From positions 1 through 52,530 of IMG/VR virus record IMGVR_UViG_3300037245_003804: a stretch of 52,530 bases of DNA; one strand, given 5' to 3'. Of this stretch, positions 9,972 through 18,017 are shown one piece after another. This DNA comes from a virus (taxonomy: Duplodnaviria > Caudoviricetes). The stretch's first letter is position 1. Each line of letters starts with the position of its first letter. The notes under the pieces were generated by a model that worked only from the letters and a program-made list of their open reading frames with translations, was not told where the DNA came from and did not search any database. The position numbers were made by a program, and so were the translations under genes.

Positions 9972-10804
9972 CCCATCTCATGATTATTACATCCTTTTTT
10001 TTGCTCTTCTACAGATAGGTTTTTATTATAAAAATCACAATGCCATTTTCCATCACTAATGATTGATACATTTTTGCAAGTTCTGCAATTTTTAGATATC
10101 TTATCTTTTGAAGTATGACATATATTTTTATATTGACACCATTTACAAGCATACCATGTTGGTGAAAACTTTTTAATTGGGATTTCTTCGTGCGTGATGA
10201 TGTCATAGCATCTTTTGATTAATTCTTCACAAAAGTCCTTTTTATATTCGATCACCTCAAAATGATAATCGGAATCATTCTTACTATACCCAACATAAAG
10301 ACATTTATTTAATTTAAGATGGTGCATATAAAGCTGAACTTGCGAATAGTAAACAAAATTAGCCTTCCTCACTTTATGTTTTGTTACATCGTTAAAATTG
10401 CGTTGATTATGTGTTTTTATTTCCAATAAATATTCGCTTTCTTCATCCCCTGGAATACCTTTAATTATCCCATCAATATGACCTTCCAAGTGACCATCTA
10501 ATGTACTTAATTCTTTTTGCTGATCATAAATTTCACAACCTATCTTTTTCAAGTCATTAATTATGAATGCTTCCGAAATATGTCCGGTGAAAAATATTCT
10601 TTTTGTTCTTTCATTAAAATTGTTTTCACCCAATACATGGTGGAATGAATACCATAGCTTGCGCTCGCATTCATCCCCTACCATGCTCATCCCTAATTGA
10701 CCTTTCCGCTTAGGTTGACTCGAAATAATATCAACCAAATCATCAAGGATGGCTTCTTTATTATCAACTGCTATTGTATTTATTAAGTTTTGTATCTTTT
10801 CCAT
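9956..10804 (-). CDS. Cas4-like PD-(D/E)XK exonuclease
   Basis: C-ERKLWY, GHIDG, LLEIKT, QVQLYM, CKWCQYKNIC Cys cluster. Confidence 0.85.
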   Translation of the reverse strand: MEKIQNLINTIAVDNKEAILDDLVDIISSQPKRKGQLGMSMVGDECERKLWYSFHHVLGENNFNERTKRIFFTGHISEAFIINDLKKIGCEIYDQQKELSTLDGHLEGHIDGIIKGIPGDEESEYLLEIKTHNQRNFNDVTKHKVRKANFVYYSQVQLYMHHLKLNKCLYVGYSKNDSDYHFEVIEYKKDFCEELIKRCYDIITHEEIPIKKFSPTWYACKWCQYKNICHTSKDKISKNCRTCKNVSIISDGKWHCDFYNKNLSVEEQKKGCNNHEMGWGLS

Positions 10805-10819
10805 AACTAAATTATAACC

Positions 10820-11317
10820 TTACCATTTACTATCATCACTTAACTTTTTAGGATCAAAAGAGGTATCCATTTCCCCTTTGTAAGGTTTATAATTTTTAAT
10901 TTTATTGCGCTCTGGGTTATCACCTTCTTTTTCAGTGATAGAAACAACGATTGTCATTGGTTTATTATGGAGTTCTACAGTATTACTAATACTAACCAAT
11001 GCAACGGCTCTACAAAGTGTAGAAAGTTCTTTTTGACCTATCTCAAGCGCTATAGGATTGGGGTTTTGAATGGTAATCATTTGCCATATTGTGCCTCCTT
11101 TATATTTACCATCCATGATAACAAATTGAAGATTGGCATATTGTCCCTTAGAAGGATCATTCCCTTCTAATTCGGCTTTTTTTGTTAATTTTAGTTGACT
11201 GTCTTTAATTTCCGCATTGTATTCCCCAATAGGGAAAACTTTATATTCTCCTATTGATGCGTGATCATCTGCAACAAAGCGTTCAGTTAGGTCGGTTGAT
11301 TGTCTAGGTTGTGTCAT
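10820..11317 (-). CDS. Single-stranded DNA-binding protein (DUF669-like)
   Basis: PIGEYNAEI…G.YKG.TIW…RNKIKNY, acidic tail ending in W; between Sak4-like and Cas4-like genes. Confidence 0.75.
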   Translation of the reverse strand: MTQPRQSTDLTERFVADDHASIGEYKVFPIGEYNAEIKDSQLKLTKKAELEGNDPSKGQYANLQFVIMDGKYKGGTIWQMITIQNPNPIALEIGQKELSTLCRAVALVSISNTVELHNKPMTIVVSITEKEGDNPERNKIKNYKPYKGEMDTSFDPKKLSDDSKW

Positions 11318-12213
11318 GTTTTATCTCCTGAATAAATTTTATTATGAATCGCCTTCAACGAAGGCGCCTCCTGTTGACTTAATTTACCTGATCGGTCTTT
11401 TGCCTCATATTGACCATCACGTGTTGCTTGTATGTAATGGACGGGATTTCCATTATCATCTTTAGCAAGGCGTAAACAAAATACCTCATCAAATAAATAG
11501 GCAATATTATATGCCAACTTATTGCCTGGCATCGCTGGTAAGTAGAATGTTAAACTGGTAATATCGTCTACTATCCGTTGTTGTTTGGCTATCATCACCA
11601 CATGATAATTAGGCAAATCACGGAATCTCTTCATGATTTTAGTCATTCTGTTAAAAAGCTCACCATAAGCTTTCCTCCCATCTTTGCATTTTTCTAATTC
11701 TTCAGCTAGGACAACTTCTGCAATTTCTGTGATTGAGTCTAATATTATCCATTTAAAATTGGGCATCTTCGGCTCTTCTTTTTCGGGAATTACTGCTTTT
11801 ACATTAGAATCGGGAGGAAGAGCTATTTTGAAAGTATTATTAATCGGTGGTTCATCAGCTTTGTTTTGTTCAATTTCAGGCTCTTCCAATTCTATTTTGA
11901 TGCTATTCATTTCTAGTAATGATTCATATATGTTGGCTAATTCACCTATTGTTGATATCTCAATGACAGAACAGTGTTCTGGTGCAAAATCTTTAGATCC
12001 TTTTTTTATTAATTCTTCCTTATCTTGGTTTAATGATAACAGCCCACTTTCTGCGCTTATTATCAATGTCGGTTCATTCGTAGTTGCAGCAAGCACTGTT
12101 TTGCCGGATCCTGCTGGACCATGAATAAGTATTTTTAGACCGGAATCATGTATAACTTCTGATATCGATTTTATTTTTATAGCCATTCTTTTATTCCCCT
12201 TTTGAATTATCAT
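11314..12213 (-). CDS. AAA_24 / Sak4-like ATPase (annealase); likely start MAIKIK at 12186
   Basis: GPAGSGKT Walker A, IILDSITE Walker B, AKDRSG. Confidence 0.85.
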   Translation of the reverse strand: MIIQKGNKRMAIKIKSISEVIHDSGLKILIHGPAGSGKTVLAATTNEPTLIISAESGLLSLNQDKEELIKKGSKDFAPEHCSVIEISTIGELANIYESLLEMNSIKIELEEPEIEQNKADEPPINNTFKIALPPDSNVKAVIPEKEEPKMPNFKWIILDSITEIAEVVLAEELEKCKDGRKAYGELFNRMTKIMKRFRDLPNYHVVMIAKQQRIVDDITSLTFYLPAMPGNKLAYNIAYLFDEVFCLRLAKDDNGNPVHYIQATRDGQYEAKDRSGKLSQQEAPSLKAIHNKIYSGDKT

Positions 12214-12721
12214 CTATCATATGCGAAATTGATATGCTAGCACCTTTAATATAAGCATCAGTTAAAGGAGAATCGCTTAAATTAGCGCGGGTTAAGTCAA
12301 CACCTATCAAGTCAGCATATTTAAAATCAACTCTCCAAAAAGTAGTGTTAATACAATCCGCACCTCTCAAATCAGTGCTTCTTAAATCGGAACCTGTAAA
12401 ATTAGCGTCTCTTAATGTAGCGTGGTATAATTTAGCACCTATCAAGGTAACATTCACAATATGGGCTGCACTTAAATTAGCACAACTAAGATCAGCACCC
12501 ACCATCCATGAATCAGTTAAATCCGCATCAATCAAGTTAGCATTAGTCAAGTTAGCATGTTGAAAGTTAGCATTTCTCAAATCAGCGCTTTTTAAATAAG
12601 CCCTACTCAAGTTAACACCTCTAAAATCAGCCCTTTCGCCTTCTTTACCTTCGCTATTTAGCCATTTTTTGTGCTTTTCTAAAATTATTTTTATATCTGA
12701 TTTAGTCATATCCATCCTCAT
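12191..12721 (-). CDS. Pentapeptide-repeat protein 1
   Basis: A(D/N)Lxx repeats; ILEKHKKWL…GERADF cap. Confidence 0.92.
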   Translation of the reverse strand: MRMDMTKSDIKIILEKHKKWLNSEGKEGERADFRGVNLSRAYLKSADLRNANFQHANLTNANLIDADLTDSWMVGADLSCANLSAAHIVNVTLIGAKLYHATLRDANFTGSDLRSTDLRGADCINTTFWRVDFKYADLIGVDLTRANLSDSPLTDAYIKGASISISHMIDDNSKGE

Positions 12722-12750
12722 TTTAATCTGAATTATTTCAACTAATAGTG

Positions 12751-12778
12751 ATTATACTATAATATTTTATATTGTCAA
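12751..12778 (-). promoter_or_regulatory. Sigma70-type promoter TTGACA-N16-TATAAT
   Basis: Perfect hexamers upstream of the pentapeptide/recombination genes. Confidence 0.75.
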
Positions 12779-12792
12779 CTTTTTAAAAGTTA

Positions 12793-13380
12793 CTATCTGT
12801 TTTCTATTTCTCTATTTTTCATGGTATGTATATAGTGTTCTATGGGGAACCCATCGAAACCAATCTGCGCTCCATATTCCCACTCATATATACTTTTGTA
12901 AGGAAGAAAAGAGCATTTTGGATAATTAATCATAGGATCATTATCATGAATATGTTGTGTAATAGGAAGGTTTTTAAAGCGCTTAATTGACCATTTAAGC
13001 ACGCAACGGGGAGCACCAAATGTAATAACCTTAACTATTTCATATCCTCTTAATTCGAGCATCCGGGCTATTAACAATGCAACGGAGCCTCCTAATGAAT
13101 GGCCCGCTATTGTTATTTTATGTGTCTTTAATGTGCAAGCTCTATCTACCTTAGGAAATAGACGTTCTGCTAAAACTAAAGTTGATTTGTTACAGAATCC
13201 AATACCTGGTCTATACCACGGCATGCATTTTAAACTATTAATAGTTGCCAAAATACGGTCAACATTTTTAAATAAAAGCGTAGTAGTGTCAACAGGTCCA
13301 TAAAAAGCAGTGAAATACTCATTAGGTTTATTTATATAAAATTCTTTTATCATTTCAGCTAATTCAAGATCAGGTACCAT
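12793..13380 (-). CDS. Class 3 lipase-like alpha/beta hydrolase
   Basis: GHSLGG nucleophile elbow, ITFGAPR, HDNDP. Confidence 0.8.
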   Translation of the reverse strand: MVPDLELAEMIKEFYINKPNEYFTAFYGPVDTTTLLFKNVDRILATINSLKCMPWYRPGIGFCNKSTLVLAERLFPKVDRACTLKTHKITIAGHSLGGSVALLIARMLELRGYEIVKVITFGAPRCVLKWSIKRFKNLPITQHIHDNDPMINYPKCSFLPYKSIYEWEYGAQIGFDGFPIEHYIHTMKNREIENR

Positions 13381-13563
13381 AGTTCACCCCCACGAAAGTA
13401 TTGAGAATCAATCCCGTTTATCAAAAATATTTTATTAATCCCCTTGCGGGGTGCTCTTTCAATATGTTGATCAGACCATTAAACAACATAAAGAAAGAGC
13501 AGACCTAGCAATAAACAACATCATTCACAAATTAATTGGAATAAATCATTGCTAAGCAAAACC

Positions 13564-13592
13564 AATATACACCACAAATACTCAAATGTCAA
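13564..13592 (-). promoter_or_regulatory. Sigma70-type promoter TTGACA-N17-TATATT
   Basis: Upstream of a hairpin-rich leader and the lipase gene. Confidence 0.55.
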
Positions 13593-14014
13593 CCGAAAGT
13601 AAGCAATGGTTCTTCTTCTTTTTTTATTTCAATAGTTGGAGCGGCGGGAGATTCACTAATACATTCCCAAAAGATATGGTTTTCATCTAATTTATTCATA
13701 GCACTTTTAGAAAGGCTCGGTTTATACCTAACACAATCTAAAGCCAAATCATTATCATCAAAATTTTCTTTTAATTCAATCCATTTTGATTCATCAAGTT
13801 TGTAGGATGTGTTGTATTTTAATTTCAAATCTTTATATTGAGAATTAGATTTCCCGATCTGTTCTCCCATAATCTCTTGACATATTTCTTTTCTTAGTCG
13901 CATTTCTTCGGATTTTGCATCATCTAGCTTTTGTTTTTGAAAAGCCCAATCTCGGATTTTAATTTCTAAACTTTCTTTGTACTGAAAACCAGGCTTTATA
14001 GTATTTACTTTCAT
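13589..14014 (-). CDS. Conserved phage protein (start revised to MKVNT at 14014)
   Basis: GAGG RBS before ATG 14014; coiled coil KSEEMRLRKEI and C-terminal PAAPTIEI. Confidence 0.65.
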   Translation of the reverse strand: MKVNTIKPGFQYKESLEIKIRDWAFQKQKLDDAKSEEMRLRKEICQEIMGEQIGKSNSQYKDLKLKYNTSYKLDESKWIELKENFDDNDLALDCVRYKPSLSKSAMNKLDENHIFWECISESPAAPTIEIKKEEEPLLTFG

Positions 14015-14108
14015 TTTACATCCTCGTAATAAGGCGCCCCTGCCAATGCCGGATGGGGACAAAGACATAGTAGGAAAGGAAGGAAACCTACGTTAGGGCG
14101 CGTAATAG

Positions 14109-14684
14109 TGCAGTTGATTCGTATAACCCGCGCTATACTGGCTCAACTGCTAGGCCGTAGTGTTGAATGCAGTTGATTTTGCGCACCAGGAGGCTTATAA
14201 GACCAAAGGCACACACGGCTCAACTGCTAAGCCGTATTATTAGCATGTTAGTGTTCTGACCAACGGAACTACCACCCCATTGGGCATGACCCCATCAAGG
14301 ACGGGCAGGAGTCGAACCCGCGACCTCTAACATGCTAACAATATTCAATGCAGTTGATTCGTAGGACAGACGACCGGGGCTGCCTACCGGCTCAACTGCT
14401 AAGCCGTAAAGTGACGGCACCCCAAGGTTACCGCCCTCTTTAATAGTGTGCAGCTGATTCATAGGATAGACGACGGAGGCTACCTATCGGCTCAACTGCT
14501 AAGCCGTAGGGCAACGGCATCCCAGCGCGCTGCCGCCCTTATTGAAACAGTGTGCAGTTGATTTAACATGCCATCATATGACCTTATAAAGCTTAGGCAT
14601 GCAAGGCTCAACTGCTAAGCCATATTTGTGCAGTTGATTTGCATGATCTCGGAGATCACGTACGGCTCAACTGCGGAAGCCGTA
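14109..14684 (-). ncRNA. Array of six structured-RNA modules (+ strand TGCAGYTGATT-[variable hairpin]-GGCTCAACTGC(TA/GGA)RGCCRTA)
   Basis: Units at 14109-14159, 14168-14236, 14349-14408, 14449-14508, 14553-14624, 14629-14684; complementary flanks; compensatory changes in the inserts; no ORF in the track. Confidence 0.75.
14235..14343 (-). ncRNA. Circularly permuted, anticodon-less tRNA-like element
   Basis: On the - strand the 3' half (AGGTC, GCGGG-TTCGACT-CCTGC, CCGTCCT) precedes the 5' half (GGGGTGG-TA-GTTC-CGTTGGTCA-GAAC-A-CTAAC); the anticodon stem is extended into a 17-bp closing helix. Confidence 0.75.
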
Positions 14685-14742
14685 TGGTTTAGCCGGGCGG
14701 GAAGTGCTCTTGCCACACTGAATTGCCGGCCTCCAATAGGGG

Positions 14743-15354
14743 TTAATCTAATAGCTTAATAGTCATATAATTGGTTAAGGTTCTTAAATTGGCCATAAAA
14801 GGTCTACAGCTTTGATTAAAATCCCAATCCATATAAGGTGAAAAGTCCGTAGTGTTCGCCGGAGTTTGGATTGTTTTAGCATCACAATCCAGTTTACTTC
14901 TCAATATGAACGCATTATTACCATTAATTATTCTTAGATTCAACTCAGTATGAGAGTAAAGGTGTAAATCTGAATATTCACCCACATTCTCCACATCAAA
15001 TCCAATCGTAACTAATTGTTCACCACCCCCCCTTAAACTGTCAAATTTTGAGTTATAAAGTAGCGTATTTTTTGCGCTAATATAAGCCGGAACATTTTGC
15101 GTGTCATAGGCCGCATAACCAAACTCAAAGCCTTCGACAACACCTAGTGGCACTGGGTGCACAATCACATAGCGATTCCTGCCGTTCTTGGGTGCCCAAG
15201 GTATCCCTACCATTATATAGTCGAGGCCACCCACGGTTATAATATCACCTACATTAGAAGGGATATGCTTATAAGTATAGGTTGTGCCAGAAAATACCAT
15301 TGCGCTGCATAAAACCAAACTTAACGCTATTAATGCTTTTATTGATTTCTTCAT
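14743..15354 (-). CDS. Secreted/periplasmic protein (moron-like)
   Basis: Sec signal peptide MKKSIKALIALSLVLCSAMVFS; GAGAGG RBS; own promoter at 15427-15454. Confidence 0.75.
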   Translation of the reverse strand: MKKSIKALIALSLVLCSAMVFSGTTYTYKHIPSNVGDIITVGGLDYIMVGIPWAPKNGRNRYVIVHPVPLGVVEGFEFGYAAYDTQNVPAYISAKNTLLYNSKFDSLRGGGEQLVTIGFDVENVGEYSDLHLYSHTELNLRIINGNNAFILRSKLDCDAKTIQTPANTTDFSPYMDWDFNQSCRPFMANLRTLTNYMTIKLLD

Positions 15355-15426
15355 TATATTCCTCTCATTTTTGAAATAAAATAAAGTCCTTTTTAAGAAT
15401 TACTCATATCCTATGAATAAAGTACT

Positions 15427-15454
15427 ATTGTACGCGTAAATTACTTTATGTCAA
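15427..15454 (-). promoter_or_regulatory. Sigma70-type promoter TTGACA-N16-TACAAT
   Basis: Intergenic; upstream of the secreted-protein gene and the RNA array. Confidence 0.65.
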
Positions 15455-15475
15455 CTATTAAATGATATTATATTG

Positions 15476-15691
15476 CTATAGTTCTTCGGATGAATTTTTC
15501 ATCGATTTACTATATTTGTCAATCCACTCTTCTATTGCTTTTTTATCATAAAGGACTGATCGCCCTAACTTGATATATATTGGGGAAGGGTAGCCATATA
15601 GGGTTCCCATCACTCGTGAGGTTCTTAATGTGAATTGAGAGCAACCAATGTATTGTGCAGCTTCTTTTGTTTTTAGTCTTTTTATGAGCAT
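15476..15691 (-). CDS. Excisionase/AlpA-like HTH protein (paralog of 6874-7110)
   Basis: LKTKEAAQYIG…PIYIKLGRSVLYDKKAIEEWI. Confidence 0.82.
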   Translation of the reverse strand: MLIKRLKTKEAAQYIGCSQFTLRTSRVMGTLYGYPSPIYIKLGRSVLYDKKAIEEWIDKYSKSMKNSSEEL

Positions 15692-15697
15692 AATTTG

Positions 15698-15997
15698 TTA
15701 TTTTCCTTTAATTAAATTCCTATTATCTTCCCCCATAGATCCACAAAATAAATCTGACCATAAATTAAAATGAAGATTTGTTGTGCTTTCAGAAGTCCAT
15801 AATTTTTTAAATATAATCAGATTATGTACAATGCTATCGTTATCATAAACCCACCCTGGTATATCAAGTCTATACTTATGGTAGTATACCTCTAATATAT
15901 GAAATACCTCTATGAAGTTATTAATATACATACCGTCGTAGTTTACCCTTAATAATGCACATATATTCCTTACTATTAATTCATTATTTCTAGTCAT
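15698..15997 (-). CDS. Hypothetical protein (possible paralog of 16011-16280)
   Basis: INNFIEVF…IVHNLIIFKKL…FNLWSDLF aligns by eye with the neighbour. Confidence 0.55.
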   Translation of the reverse strand: MTRNNELIVRNICALLRVNYDGMYINNFIEVFHILEVYYHKYRLDIPGWVYDNDSIVHNLIIFKKLWTSESTTNLHFNLWSDLFCGSMGEDNRNLIKGK

Positions 15998-16010
15998 TTA
16001 AATCCCCTAG

Positions 16011-16280
16011 TTATATTTCTAAAAAGCGCATATACTCATGAAACTGATTCTTCCAACAATAAAAAGAAAAAGTCTGATCATTTTTATAAGTCTTTAATTC
16101 TTTAAATCGCAAAAGATCAGTAATAATGTCATTATGATTGCGACCTTTAAGCTTATATACATAATAGAGAAGATATATTTTTATAAAATCATCAATATTG
16201 ACATCTTTATATTCTATCCCACAACTCGAATATAGTTGTTTTATTTTTGCGTTATCTAATGAACGACGCCTTTTTTTCAA
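16011..16280 (-). CDS. Hypothetical protein
   Basis: IDDFIKIY…IITDLLRFKEL…FYCWKNQF. Confidence 0.55.
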   Translation of the reverse strand: MKKRRRSLDNAKIKQLYSSCGIEYKDVNIDDFIKIYLLYYVYKLKGRNHNDIITDLLRFKELKTYKNDQTFSFYCWKNQFHEYMRFLEI

Positions 16281-16291
16281 TTCTTCATCAT

Positions 16292-16864
16292 TTATGGCTC
16301 ATAATCCTCAGGAAATTTAGTGCCTTCCAAATAGCAATGGCTCAAGTTAGAAAACCTAAAATTTACCATGCGGAAGTCAGCACGCCTTAAATCAGAACCG
16401 TACAAGTTAGCACCAGTCAAGTTAGAATACCTGAAATCTGCATTATTTAAATTAGAAAAGCTCAAGTTAGAATAACTTAAATCAACACGCATTAAATCAG
16501 CTCCCCATAACGTAGCTCCTGTAAAGTCAGTATTTTCTAAATCGGAAAACTGTAAATTAGCATTTTTTAACCAAGCACCTCTAAAATCAACACCTATCAT
16601 CTTGGCACGTTTTAAACAAGTATCTGTCAAATCAGCACGGCTTAAATTAGCAGCCATTAAGTTAGCATCAGTAAAAATAGTATGTCTTAATCTGCAAAAA
16701 TTTAAATCAATACCTATCAGTATAGATTCTCTTAAATCAACACCATCCAAATCCTCACCTGTTAGTACTTGATGACTTAAATCAGCTTGCTCACCTTTTT
16801 TGCATTTACTTTCCAACCATTCTTTATGCTTTTCCAAAATAATATATAAATCTGATTTTTTCAT
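16292..16864 (-). CDS. Pentapeptide-repeat protein 2
   Basis: A(D/N)Lxx repeats; ILEKHKEWL…GEQADL cap; FPEDYEP end. Confidence 0.92.
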   Translation of the reverse strand: MKKSDLYIILEKHKEWLESKCKKGEQADLSHQVLTGEDLDGVDLRESILIGIDLNFCRLRHTIFTDANLMAANLSRADLTDTCLKRAKMIGVDFRGAWLKNANLQFSDLENTDFTGATLWGADLMRVDLSYSNLSFSNLNNADFRYSNLTGANLYGSDLRRADFRMVNFRFSNLSHCYLEGTKFPEDYEP

Positions 16865-17685
16865 GGTTTATAATCCTTAGGAAAGATAATAGTATGATCT
16901 AAATAGCATTTTTCCATGTTGATATTTTTAAGATTTGCTGTACTAAAGTCGGCATTTTTTAATGTAACTCCCCTTAATTTAGCGTTACTTAAATTAGTAT
17001 ACAGAAAACTGACATAGCTCAAGTCCGCATCAGTCAAGTCAACACCAGTCAAGTCAGCGCCATTCAAGCTAGAGCCTATCAATTTAGCGCCATATAACTC
17101 AGCATTTACCAAGCGAGCATCCCATAAAGAAGCCCCTAAAAAATCAACTTCTTGTAAGTTAGCATTCATTAAGTTAGCTTCTTTTAAATCAGAACAATTT
17201 AAGCTAGCGCGAGTCAAGTCAGCTTTACTTAAATTAGTATTTCTCAATTTAGAATAATTTAAATTAGCGCCACTTAAATTAGCTTCACTCAAGTCAGCTT
17301 CACTTAAATCATAACCGACTAAGTCAGCGTTACTTAAATCAGCTCTTTCGCCACTTTCTCCTTTGGTATGCAACCATTCCCTATGTTTTTCTAATATGAT
17401 TTGTAATTCTGTTTTATTTATTGTTGTATGTTCATATCCTTTTAATAATGTACATGTAACAAAATAATCCCAATCTGTGGTAGGTTTATATAATTTTTTA
17501 AAAAACGGCTCGCATCTCATAATAAACGAAAGTTCTTTATTTCTTTTATCAGTTTGAAATGTATCTTCACAATTTGAATCATCTAAATGTTTATAGTTGC
17601 CCTTTAATTCAAAAAAATAAAAACTATCAATTGATTCGCGTTCATTATAGGTATGTCTTACCATAAAGCATGTGTATGTAATCAT
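16861..17685 (-). CDS. PTKDWDYF-domain plus pentapeptide-repeat fusion protein
   Basis: N-terminal FFELKGNYKHL…KPTTDWDYFV, then ILEKHREWL…GERADL and pentapeptide repeats. Confidence 0.88.
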   Translation of the reverse strand: MITYTCFMVRHTYNERESIDSFYFFELKGNYKHLDDSNCEDTFQTDKRNKELSFIMRCEPFFKKLYKPTTDWDYFVTCTLLKGYEHTTINKTELQIILEKHREWLHTKGESGERADLSNADLVGYDLSEADLSEANLSGANLNYSKLRNTNLSKADLTRASLNCSDLKEANLMNANLQEVDFLGASLWDARLVNAELYGAKLIGSSLNGADLTGVDLTDADLSYVSFLYTNLSNAKLRGVTLKNADFSTANLKNINMEKCYLDHTIIFPKDYKP

Positions 17686-17701
17686 CGTACTTTTCTCCTT
17701 T

Positions 17702-17980
17702 TTATAATCTATAATCTATCGTAACGAAATAATCCCAGTCCTTAGTGGGTTTCTCTAATACAGTTACTTCCCATGAAAAATCTTCGTTGTTTTCTTTATT
17801 AACATTTTCGCCATGAATTAAGGCTAATATTTCTTTGCTATGAAATACATTATTTACGTGAAGTTCATCTAGGTGACTATAATCACCTTCTTTCTCAAAA
17901 AAAACAACGTCACGATTAGTGTATTTGTCGGTTACAAACTCACTGATATGAACCATAAAACATGTTTTTTTAGTCATCAT
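17702..17980 (-). CDS. PTKDWDYF family paralog
   Basis: FFEKEGDYSHL…KPTKDWDYFV. Confidence 0.75.
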   Translation of the reverse strand: MMTKKTCFMVHISEFVTDKYTNRDVVFFEKEGDYSHLDELHVNNVFHSKEILALIHGENVNKENNEDFSWEVTVLEKPTKDWDYFVTIDYRL

Positions 17981-18017
17981 AAATTCCTCTAATATATTAA
18001 GTTGAAATCCGACTTAA

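Noticed and set aside
14015-14068. N-terminal extension of the 13589-14068 ORF
   Set aside because: It overlaps a structured non-coding element, and a better RBS precedes the ATG at 14014.
14235-14343. Two-piece tmRNA or functional tRNA gene
   Set aside because: No G3-U70 alanine identity pair, a full D stem is present, and there is no tag ORF, anticodon loop or CCA.
14109-14684. CRISPR array or TIGR-type guide array
   Set aside because: Spacing is irregular, the inserts are self-complementary hairpins of varying length, and the conserved parts pair across the insert. No cas operon or Nop-domain gene is recognisable, and the Cas4-like nuclease sits in a standard recombination module.
14109-14684. 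Known ribozyme or riboswitch (hammerhead, pistol, twister, HDV/theta, fluoride, SAM-II)
   Set aside because: The topology loosely resembles fluoride-riboswitch or pistol pseudoknots, but I could not find their diagnostic conserved nucleotides by eye. An Rfam scan is needed to exclude them formally.
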